A DNA stretch of 64,000 nucleotides from Chlorokybus atmophyticus. Lineage: Eukaryota; Plantae; Mesostigma and Chlorokybus algae. Shown piece after piece: positions 53,696 to 64,000 of the stretch. Location: the NCBI GenBank assembly GCA_009103225.1, contig RHPI01003729.1, positions 63,244 through 127,243 on the forward strand, read 5' to 3'. Position 1 is the stretch's first letter; every line of letters begins with the position of its first letter. Both the position numbers and the translations under genes were made by a program. The notes under the pieces were generated by a model, which had not been told where the DNA came from, did not search any database, and saw only the letters and a program-made list of their open reading frames with translations.

Positions 53696-54057
53696 NNNNN
53701 NNNNNNNNNNNNNNNNNNNNNNNNNNNNNNNNNNNNNNNNNNNNNNNNNNNNNNNNNNNNNNNNNNNNNNNNNNNNNNNNNNNNNNNNNNNNNNNNNNNN
53801 NNNNNNNNNNNNNNNNNNNNNNNNNNNNNNNNNNNNNNNNNNNNNNNNNNNNNNNNNNNNNNNNNNNNNNNNNNNNNNNNNNNNNNNNNNNNNNNNNNNN
53901 NNNNNNNNNNNNNNNNNNNNNNNNNNNNNNNNNNNNNNNNNNNNNNNNNNNNNNNNNNNNNNNNNNNNNNNNNNNNNNNNNNNNNNNNNNNNNNNNNNNN
54001 NNNNNNNNNNNNNNNNNNNNNNNNNNNNNNNNNNNNNNNNNNNNNNNNNNNNNNNNN
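53696..54057. other. Assembly gap (362 N)
   Basis: Run of N preceded by a (GT)n tract. Confidence 1.
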
Positions 54058-55271
54058 GGGGGCGGGGAGTGGGTTTCGTAAATAATGTGCAAGTACACAT
54101 GCGCATTACTGCACAAGGTGCACTTGCGCAGTGTGCACACATCCCACCCCGTGCACACAGTTCCCGCACAGAGCGTAAAGTTTCGCCGCCTCGCCCCCTT
54201 CCCCGTCACGCATGTACCTATGCACTGCACGCGGATGGCGGAATGCATACTAGCAGTGCACACAAGCCTAGCTCCCCTCGCCATCCTGCCAATGCGCACC
54301 CTTTTGCTCCCCCTCTTCACCTCTGCAGGCGAGGGCAGTCACAGTGTGGGGAGACTCCCGTTGTTTCAATGCATCCTTCTCTATCCCCACCGCCCCGCCA
54401 TATCGCATTAGGTAAGGTCATACTTGTACATGCTGTAGGGGTATGTGAGCTGTAAATAGTCATGGTCGTTGGGTACTATACACTGCAGGTGATGTGTCAT
54501 GTAGTCTACTCTCAGTTCCCCTCTCATCCCCTCTCCCCCTCTTTCCCCCTCTCCCACTTCCTCCTCCCACCCTCACCCTCTCCCTCACCCACGCCTTCAC
54601 CTTACCCCTCACTCGCTCGTTTACTCCCTCGTGCAAGTGAGGGAGGAAACGCTCTGTTACCTTGCCTTTACTTCATCGTTGCACACTTGCTTTGCCCTTT
54701 TCCTTCCCTTCATACCATTGCTCTCTTGGCAGAAACTTATGTTTACACTGTTACTATTTTTCCCGCATTGCACACTGTTTACATCTTTGATGATGTATTT
54801 TTGTATGTTTAGTAATTGACTGCGTGTAATTGCCAAACAATGTTAAGCAACATAATATTGGTTTGCGTAGGTTGTTTGCAAGTTACCAATGTGATTGACT
54901 CTGCAATATCAAGGAAGATTGAAACAGGCAGTAGCTATTAGCTGTGGTTGTAAACATTTCAGCTGTAAGCTTACAACTAAACTGTCACGTTGTCTATTGT
55001 TGGATTTGACATCAACTTTCCATCCAGTTATTCCATTAATTATGCAGATTGGGTATTGATCACGCAAGGAAACATCGACACAGGCAACTCAACTCACAAA
55101 ACCAATTTTTGGTAACCAACAGTGTTTGAGACAAGACAAAGTCATTTCAATAGGGTAGTTTTCACCCCGCACAAATATCCCTACTTTCCTACCAATGTTG
55201 TAGCGCTTCAATGCTACCAATCTAGCTGCACAATCTGTACAACAATAAATGCGTATCACTCTACCACCAAT

Positions 55272-56327
55272 CTAAGACAGCCAGAATCCGAGTGTGGTCT
55301 GGCCAGTGATCGCCTCAGTCGCCAGCATGGCGATGAAGCCAAGCATGGCAGTGCGGCCGTTGATAATCTCACGTCCTGGGCGCCAGAAAGACTGCTTCTC
55401 GAACTCAGCATCACCAACACCCTTGGAGGGAGGGATGATGGAGCTGGCGATGGTGAGGCCAGCGATGAGGAAGAAAGCCAACCTGTATACGTGATGAAGT
55501 TTGAGTATGTGGGAGAGTGGGTGGGTGGGTGGGTGGTGACACAGTGTAAAGATGCTTACTTGGAGAAGGGGAAGAGGGTCATCTGAGTGACAATTTTCGT
55601 GCCAGTAATCTGCTCGCCAGCCAGGGCGGCGAGGAAGCCAAGCATGGCTGCGCGGCCGTTGATACGCTCAAGCAGACCCTCGTAGGTGAGGAGGTCAGTG
55701 GATTGGGACTGGCCAGGCTTGGGGATCTACAAGCAGTAATATGGTCAGTGAGGCTCTTGCATCACGCTTACACCACGTTCACATGTAAGCATGCAAATTT
55801 ATACACACATTGCAAGCGCACAGGAATGTAGCCCACACCCACACCCACACCCACACCCACACATCGCACACATACTCGCTGGCCACCACTCACCACATTG
55901 CCAGAGAAGGCGTTGGATGTCTGTGAGCCAACCTGGCGGATTGTACTCTCAGCGTCCACATCGCTGGGGTTGGGCACGGGCAGGTTGCTGGCGGCGTCAG
56001 ACAGCTTGCTTTGGACATCAGCGGCGACATCCTTAGCGGCACTCTGGGCCTTATCCAGGGGGTTGGCATCGCAGCGCACTGACCGGTGGAAGACGGGGGA
56101 GGCCACAGGCACACGGCTCCTCACAGCTGCAATAGAATGACATTCAGTTTCAACTGGGAGTGATGGCAATATCGCTCAACACAATCCGTCACGATGGGTT
56201 GCAGTAGACAATGCACTGACGTGAACACAAGGGCTGTGTGCTCACCGTTGGTACGCCTGGACAGTGTGGGTCGGGCCAGCTGGGCCACAGGGGCGGAGAC
56301 GCAAGCAGCCATGGTGGTGGATGCCAT
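55272..56327 (-). CDS. ELIP: ELIP copy D, intact
   Basis: Exons 56327-56246, 56126-55894, 55726-55560 and 55482-55272. ERINGRAAMLGF and EIINGRTAMLGF helices; same intron positions as A and C. Confidence 0.92.
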
Positions 56328-56454
56328 TGTGCTAAGTTGCGAGCGCAAAGTAACGTGTGCAGACTTACAGCTTGCAAGCAACAGCAGTTGTAGCGGATGC
56401 GTGAACTACACACCGATGCGAGAGAAAAGGTTCATATACTGCTTAGGCGGGAAG

Positions 56455-56726
56455 GCCACGTCGGCAACAGCCGTAGCCGTCGCCGCCGCTGCCCCTGTTG
56501 GGGCTGGCGGCGCGCAGATAAGCATGGCCCACCACGCCTGAGGCACTCCCAGCCCCTCCCTTAGCACCACTGTGGCGGATACGGGTACGTCACCCTGCAT
56601 TCATTGACAGATTCAGATTCAACGATAGGCTCACGTTCGATCAATGCCGCACCTTGCACCGTCCAGAGTGCCAACCGACGCTTCGACACATCAGGGCCAG
56701 GCTGTAAAGCGATTTATCGACGTGGC
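56455..56726. promoter_or_regulatory. ABRE/DRE-like sites upstream of ELIP D
   Basis: GCCACGTCGGC 56455-56465; TCGACGTGGC 56717-56726. Confidence 0.5.
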
Positions 56727-58148
56727 AGGTTCAGACGCCTACTACTCCCGCCGTGCAGGAAGAGTTGAAGCGGCGGCTAAGGCAGGACCACGGCGTGGGT
56801 TAAGCAGCTTTTAGCGTAATGCAATCAAGTGTGCCCCGGTTGACCCCCCCCCCCCCCCCTTCTCATGGGGACAGAACGGAGGATTTCTAAGTCGTGCCAC
56901 ACTTGCGTGACGTTAACCATGCGCATCTGCGCACCTTATCAAGCTAGCAAGCAGATTGTATAACTGTACACATCATGGGGTTGGCTTAAGGCCTAATTCA
57001 ATCAAGTGCAAGTAGCGGCATCACTGGCGGTGTTCATTGACAACTATGACCACGACCACACAGCAGCAGGACACGAAAGCATTGGTGGTGGAGAATATGT
57101 TGCAGCTACCGCGCCAGCACCGTCTCTCGCATATATGAAGGACGATGTGATAGTGGACAAGAACACAATCACGACAATGCCTTAACCTGCCGCCGCTGAC
57201 AGCGTCATGTAATGCAATGTTTTCGCATCTCATAATGGCCACTAGCGCCGGTGTTTGACAGTGGCACGTAATGGGCCTCATTATATTACTCAAGAATTAT
57301 GTCATGTTACATAATTCATGACTTATAAAATGTGTCATGCCTGGTGCCCACACATACCAGCCTTCATCGGGCATGCCTACACCGAAACCGTCGCCCGGCC
57401 TATCGACATACCAACGCGCGCGCGACCCTGACCAGTAGCTAGGTTATGACTTCAGGGTAGCTCACGACCACAGCCCACATAGGCACCGCGCGTAGCTGTT
57501 CAGTTGTGAGTTCAGTTATAAGTTGTGTTCTATATCGTGTGACAATCGCTGTGGAAATGGCCTCGATATAACCGTTAGCTTATGTTCTGAATAGTCATAG
57601 TTTGACTTGTATAAGTAGTCACAGTGTTCACCGGATCAGCTGGTGACACTGTGAGTGAGAAAGCTAAGAGCTTGTGAAACGACTTGAACTACAAACACGC
57701 CATCCCGGTTATCAAGAACCCCCTCACTGTGTGAGAGCCTGTGCATGCTCGCGTGTGCATCGTGCTTGACATCATTGTGGGCTTGGTGTGCCTGGTTGCA
57801 GTGTGCTTGTTGGCATCAGTCAGGGCACAGTATCCACGTGTTGCTTGCCCATTCACCTCACTTAACAGTGTAACACATTTCCCGCTCATGTAAAGAACTA
57901 TGTAAACAGCACTACCTATAGTAGTGGCTTGTTGACTCACAGTGTCACCCTTTTTGCTCAAGTGAGTGCGCTGCATTCTGCATCAGATAGTGCTCCTGTA
58001 TCTGGGGACACATCCCTGGGCATTCCTTATCACTGTCATTACATAGTGCGCACATAAGCACTAGTGTGGTGAGTGGTAGCGGCATCGAGACAGGCGGTAG
58101 AGCACAAACACTCTACCCTGCATACACGTTCACCTTTGCATTAGCTGT

Positions 58149-59528
58149 ATGAGCAGGCCCACCCCGTTCTCTCCAATAGACGAGGGTGACCTCAGCAGCT
58201 GGAGCCCAACCTCCAACCTCATCTATGGGCGGACCAGCGACGTGAGCAACGATCGTAGCAGCAGAGGCTCACGTGCTATCTCCGACTTCACTCCGTTCCT
58301 GTCCACTCCACGGCATCGAGCTTCCCCACTCTCGTCCGACAGTGACGACTACGAGATGGAGTCTTCCAGCTCAATCACGTCCCTGTGCTTCTCTAGACGC
58401 GCTGGCACCACCTCTCTGGACGAATTTATCATCAAGTTCCATTCCAAGATGCGACAGCAGGCACTGAAGAACAAAGACTGGTTAGATGAGATCTCTTTTC
58501 ACATTGCTGCTCAGTATCTAGACCATGAAGCACATGATGTCTGGAAGTCTGTTGCTGAACTGCATCGAGTTGATTGTTATGGCGAGCTCGCCAGTATCAT
58601 AACACCTGCATCACTGCACCATCTAGCAGCCGTCTTTCCACCTGCCACTCCCGCTGCAGTTACCGGGCTGTCCATAGCGGCGGTCATTGACAGAGCAGTT
58701 TAGGAGGAACCAGAGTTGGTGATCGTCAACCTGACCGCTGCAGAGATTGACATCAGGGCGGCCGCGCGGCGGGCCCGGAACCTGGACCGCTCTGCTGCCA
58801 TCCTTAAAGAACAGCGAACTGCAGCCGTTGAGGTGGGCACGCCCCTATCGATGGCAACACCTGGCTCTCGTGCGGGGGGCAGTGCTTTCACCCTGGGGTC
58901 AGTTGCACTGCGCGCACCAGCCATCACTGTAGGTGCTGCCATCTTTGACTCTCCACTCAAAGATCTATACGCTGCATTTCGTCGCACCTTCCCACCGCAG
59001 ACCACTAGCAAAGTGGAGGAGTTGAGGCGGTTCCGGCGCAAGCCCAATGAAGATCCCCTACGCCTGTACTCCAGACTAGAAGGGTTGTTGAAGGACACTG
59101 ACTACAAGATCGTCAGCGATGAAGCGGCTGCAGTGGTATATGTCAACGAGTTGGATGCCACCTTGAGCGAGTCGACGCGCCTGACCCTAAACTACAGCAG
59201 GCCCCTTGGCTACACCCTCAAGGAAGCTTTTGAGACTGCACAAGCCATCCATAAGCGCTTGGTGTATGAGAAGGCAGTGCTGGACACCAACCGCAGCGCC
59301 TCACGGCCGGTAGCCAGCACGACTGTCGAGCCTCCGCGCCGCGAGCGTGGCCGCGACGCTCCACCAGCACGCGACAAAGGGAAACGGTTAGCGCATACTG
59401 CTTTGTCTGCCCCTGTGCTGTGTCATCGCTGTGGACGGCAAGGGCATTACCAAAAGAAGTGCACTGAAGAATACTCAACTCTGGCCTGCGACTACTGTCA
59501 CAAGACAGGCCACTTGGAGTGAGTTTGC
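58149..59528 (+). pseudogene. Gag-like region with two CX2CX4HX4C zinc knuckles
   Basis: ORFs 58149-58703 and 58716-59522 are in one frame, split by TAG. Capsid-like ELRRFRRKPNEDPLRLYSRL. Knuckles CHRCGRQGHYQKKC (59421-59462) and CDYCHKTGHLE*VC (59487-59528, TGA at 59520). Confidence 0.85.
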
Positions 59529-62102
59529 TGGCTCAAGTTCCCCGAGTTGAGACCCGTCAACAACCACAATACAACAACTCTGATGGCTACAACGGCAACA
59601 ACTCTGGTGGCTACAACAGCAACAACACTGGAGGCCACAACGGCAACAACTCTAATGGCTACAACAGCAATCACACCGGAGGCCATAACCACACCAACAA
59701 CTACGCCAACGCTCGCAAGGAAGAGCAAGGCTACAGGGGGAAGAATTGCCCTCCTCAGCGTCCGCGCGCTGCTGCTGTTGCCGCCAAGGCTCCAGCCCAA
59801 CCGCCAGCTGATGACCATATGGCTGCCCTCATGGCACGTATGGCACGCTTGGAGGAAGACAAGGAGCAGGACTACCGCGCCTGTTACTCTGCCCGGTGGG
59901 CCCTGATGGCTCCGAAGCGCACGAGACACACCAGCACTCCGTCACGTATTCAACCATCCCGGCAAGTTCGAGGGGAAGCCGCAACATCGTCAGCAGCCAC
60001 CTCCTCTGAAACCACCAGTGGTACTACACAAGCCGCAACGGTCACACCGGCTACAACGTCAACTCCGTCAATGCTAGCAGCAACTGCTCCAATCTCACCA
60101 AAAACTGGTCTGCCAGTGAGCACCGTCGCGCCCACACCGGTAAGCACGCAGGCCCCAGCCACTGCTATCACCAACCCTGCAGCAGTAAGTCGCACCAGTC
60201 CCGCTCCAACCACAGAAGCACCTGTGCCAGCAGGCTTGAAAATCACTCTCGCGCCATTGAGCGGCACTCTCGCCACCACCGACAATGCCATCGTTAAGCA
60301 TGCTGCCGCTGCAGCAACGCGCTCAGCTACATTGCCCGCCCTGGACATCACTCAGTCTGTCCCGCGAGGTCAGCGAGCGTGCTTGGAAGACCATCATGCG
60401 TGGGGCGGATCCCACAACCATTGCTTTTGGGAGCGGAGGGGAGCGCACAACACGCGTTGAACGCAGTGATCAAGTCTTCCCACTGCCTGAGTATCACACG
60501 CTGCCAGAACAGACTCAGCGACAGCTGGAGGATGAAATCCTCGCCGGCACGGCACCTCTTATGCGAGACCGTGTCTTCGTTGTCATATCGCCCGTTGTAC
60601 TAGAGCTGGCACTGCAGTTGTTCTGGACTCTGCATAACAATATGCAGATAGCGCCACGCCAACCCGCACCAGGCCGTCATGAACCCGTCGAGCCCAGCCC
60701 ACTGGACACATATAGGGACCGGCACCCCAACGTACAGCAGCACATCGCTGATACCGCCGACATGCCTCTAGGTGACAACAAAGCACTGAGGCCCCTCAAT
60801 ACCGTTCGCCGTCATGAGCGCTACGCCGCGCTGGAACAGGCATTCACCTGGCGACATGATCAAGCGGCGGCAATAAACGCAAGAGCGCACACCCTTGCTG
60901 AGGCTCGCACTGGCGTTCTGCAGCCAACAGTCGCTGGCCCATCATCCAGCACAACACCTCTCGGCGGTGGGCCCAACGGTGACCAGACGATAGCGCTGGC
61001 TCAACAAAACCGGGGGGTGATTGCCCCGCTGTTACCCGCCTTATTGTAGGACTTGCCTGAAAATCAATGGGATCCAGGGAGAGGCTACCTTACACCGCAA
61101 GGGTCGACATAACGAGATGGAGCAGGTTCGTTTGGGGAATAGCAACTACGTACTGCCCCGGTACAATAAGCAACTATGCTGCACCGACAAGAAGGCATCG
61201 ACTTGAGACGGATGCTGGGGATGCGAGAAGGTGGCAATGCAGCTCGAGCAAGACTGGTGACTTGGCTAGTTACCAATCACCCCGCAGTCCCCCTGATCGC
61301 CTTCAGCACCAAATTGTTACGGTTGAACGCCTTCCTGCGTTCACTACGGCAAGCCTATGACGAGGTTGCCTCGACAGCCATTGACACCTTGAAAGGAGTA
61401 CAAGAGGCCATACTGAGGTTGCCAGGGGGGGGAGCAGCGCGGCAACGCAGACGCATTGCAGCTGCCTACGAACAGCATGTCCAACAGCCGAAGATTTACC
61501 TCACTGTGCGGGCGCGGGCAACAACGGTGTTGGAGGTGGGAGTGGTCAATGGCAGATGGGATGCCTGCATGGCAGGGATTCTAAGGGTCCCCACCATCAC
61601 CCACGACATAAGAGCGCGGCTTCTGCGCGCAGTGTATCTCCAGCCCATGCCTTAGAACACCGCTGAAGTGACGTGATCAACAACCCAACAGCCACATGGG
61701 AAGGTACACTGGTCAGGGAGGCAGCTCATGCAGTACGCTGGACTTATGTGGAAGAACAGGCCGCACGGGAGGCGGGCCCACAAACACCCGTTCCTCCAGG
61801 GTTTTCCCCAACAGCCGCTGGCCACGCCGCCAGGAATGACCCCGGCCACACAGAGATGCAATCCCCCGGCGCCACAACCAGGACAGCCGCAGGCAGCACC
61901 GCCGGCACCCAGGCCACAGCATGTTTACCAACAGCCAAGGCAAGGACGGTTCGGGCCAGGCCGTGGTCAATGAAGTGCGCGAGACCCAGCTGGGCGAGGG
62001 GCGCTTGCCGCACTGCGCTCGACACCACCGGGGGAGACTGCAGCAGCAGACACCCCACGCACACGCTACCGACGATTCAAGCAACTGCGCATCCACGCCA
62101 AC

Positions 62103-62486
62103 GTGGCCATGATCGCCAACCAAGGCAAGCATGTCACGATCAATGGGCAAGCACCCAAGCGGGTGATGCTGGACTCTAGAGCCCAGCCTATCATCATCGG
62201 ACGTTACCTCGCACGTGACCTTGGCATCACCAGCGCTGAGCTGATGCCGTGCCCATACGTGCTCGACATCGCAACCGGCAGCCGGGACAAGGTGATCAGT
62301 ATCACCAAGCAAGCCCTCTGCATTCGCTTAACAGGAGAGGAACCGTCCCGCAGCACCGAGGTCATACAGAAGTGTGTGGTCACCGACGCAGGGTCTTTCG
62401 ACCTGTTGTTGGGACAGGACTTCAACTTCCCTGTTGGCATGGGGCTGGATTGCTGGACAGAAAAGGCCTGGTTTTGTCCTCATTGA
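62103..62486 (+). pseudogene. Retroviral-type aspartic protease
   Basis: VMLDSRAQP (catalytic D-S-G position reads DSR; AGA at 62178-62180) and C-terminal DLLLGQDF. Confidence 0.85.
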
Positions 62487-62912
62487 GATGAGGAGGACGG
62501 GGAGGTTCATGGATACCTGCCTCTCAAGTTGGTGGCCCGCACTCGATCCCATCAAAAGTCAGCTGCAACAGCTACCTACAGGTCGTCGTCGGCAACCACT
62601 GACAGGTCAGCTGCGACAGCCACCCACAAGTCGAGCTCGACAACCACTGACAGATCATCTGCGGTGGTCACCCACAACGCGAACCAAGACTCTCCTATCC
62701 CATACGACGAGTCTCAGAAAGATGCCACTGAGAAAGTGGCCCACCAGCAACCAGCGGAACGCCGCTGGCGCGCACAGGTGGTCGCACATCTGCTACTGAC
62801 CAGACCGCGGCTCACTTCACGGTTCCCTCTCTACAAGGACCAAGCTGCTGTCCAGAAACAACACCAGGTGGCCACTGGAGTGGTGGAATTTCACGTATTT
62901 CGGCGACAACAA

Positions 62913-63857
62913 GGCATCACCGTGTTGGAACTATTCGAAGGAATAGGTAGTGGCCTCGTCACTGTTCTCAACACCGATGCGACGGTCACCAAATACTTCT
63001 ACTGCGACCCTGATCCACACGCATAGGTTGCTCTGGGCCACCACCTGCGCCACCTACACAAATGCTACCCGCAGCTACTGCCGCTATCGGCACTGCAAGG
63101 CAGTCTGAAGGCACTGCCACAGGGCATCCGTTTAATCACTGCGGATCACCTCATAGCGGTGGGCAACATCGACTTGCTGATAGCAGGATGGGAGTGTCAA
63201 GGACACTCCAGAGCAGGCACCGGCCAAGGACTCGCTGATCCTCGCTCACAACTGTTCTGGTAACTGATGCGGGTCAAATTTCTGCAGAGCGACCAGCTGT
63301 TCAGGCCTCCAAGGTACATCATCGAGAATGTGCACTCCGAGGACGATACGCGCCATCACGTGGCCAACAGCTTCCGACAGGTGTGTTCGTTATTGGGGCA
63401 TCCTCTCAGAATCAACTCAGCACGACATGGCTCTCGGGCACACCGCGTCCGCGCCGAGTGGACCAACCTGGCAACAGTTGAAGATCTCTATGCTGCTGAA
63501 TATCTGCACAGCAGTCGTCCACGCAATCTGGCAATCGATGCTATCTTGGACCCTAGCCGAACAGCACAACCAGTCACCCGACGCGATCACCACCACTTCT
63601 ACCAATGCAACCAACCTGGTCAACCACGTCGTGCGCTCCCCACCCTGGTGTCCTACCCAGGATCGTACGCCTTCCGCAACCACGGCGCCGGCATGTTGTT
63701 GGATTCCAACACAGGCCAGCTGGAGGAACCCAATGCACGTGAGCGCGAACGCGCCATGGGCTTCTCTCCAGGCAGTGTCACAAGTTTCACGTTGACCGAC
63801 AGTCAGCAATGCCAGCTGCTGGGACGCGCCATGGATCAGAACAGCATGGTATGGTAA
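62913..63857 (+). pseudogene. C5 cytosine DNA methyltransferase domain within the retroelement polyprotein
   Basis: Motif I VLELFEGIGSG (62922), motif IV LIAGWECQGHSRAG (Cys 63195-63197), motif VI YIIENV (63324), motif VIII HRVRAEW (63444), motifs IX/X ERERAMGF...LLGRAMD. Same frame as the protease; stops at 63024 and 63261. Confidence 0.9.
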
Positions 63858-64000
63858 TTGAAAATGTGCTTTGCTCTCTAAGACCGCCATGTGTCCTTCC
63901 AGGAGCTCGAACATTTGGCAGGGGGGTGGGCCGGTCGCGGGCAAGAGACCAAAGCGGCACACACCGCCCTCGAAATCGCCCATATGGAGGAGCAGGCAGC

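Larger units (their letters stand above)
57333..64000 (+). mobile_element. Decayed LTR-type (probably Ty3/Gypsy) retrotransposon carrying a C5 DNA methyltransferase; truncated by window end
   Basis: Order is gag-like, two CCHC knuckles, unknown region, aspartic protease, DNMT, with in-frame stops. RT/RH/IN are not in the window. The 5' boundary (TG at 57333) is tentative. Confidence 0.8.

Noticed and set aside
57333-58100. Exact 5' LTR and primer-binding site of the DNMT element
   Set aside because: The 3' LTR is outside the window. Candidates TGGTGACACTG (about 57641) and TGGTAGCGGC (58074) do not clearly match a tRNA 3' end.

Overview
Eukaryotic, intron-rich nuclear DNA from a green alga. 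A nuclear mraY, a TIC100-like gene, ELIPs and a DNMT-bearing Gypsy-type element suggest a streptophyte alga (inference). Recognisable genes in order: Rab34/36-like GTPase (-), class C beta-lactamase-fold serine hydrolase (+), DNA ligase I (+), small plastid-targeted LEA-like protein (+), TIC100-like MORN protein (-), MraY (+), an ELIP array (two intact A copies and two pseudogene B copies inside a 5,054-bp-offset duplication), a BTB/POZ gene (-), diaminopimelate decarboxylase (-), deoxyhypusine hydroxylase (+) and two more intact ELIPs (C +, D -). The window ends in a decayed retrotransposon whose polyprotein reads gag/CCHC - unknown domain - aspartic protease - C5 cytosine DNA methyltransferase. 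The most interesting signals are: (i) the DNMT inside the retroelement polyprotein; (ii) ELIPs with LEA-like N-terminal helices that align with a neighbouring stand-alone LEA-like gene; (iii) an overlapping DRE+ABRE motif (RCCGACGTGGC) found three times in ELIP promoters; (iv) a 1.5-kb TIR element whose empty site survives in a nearby paralogous repeat. Three single-N junctions (5200, 14772, 29369) are each flanked by exact duplicates and are probably assembly artefacts. There is a 362-N gap at 53696-54057. All gene calls come from manual motif recognition and GT-AG splicing; no searches were run.
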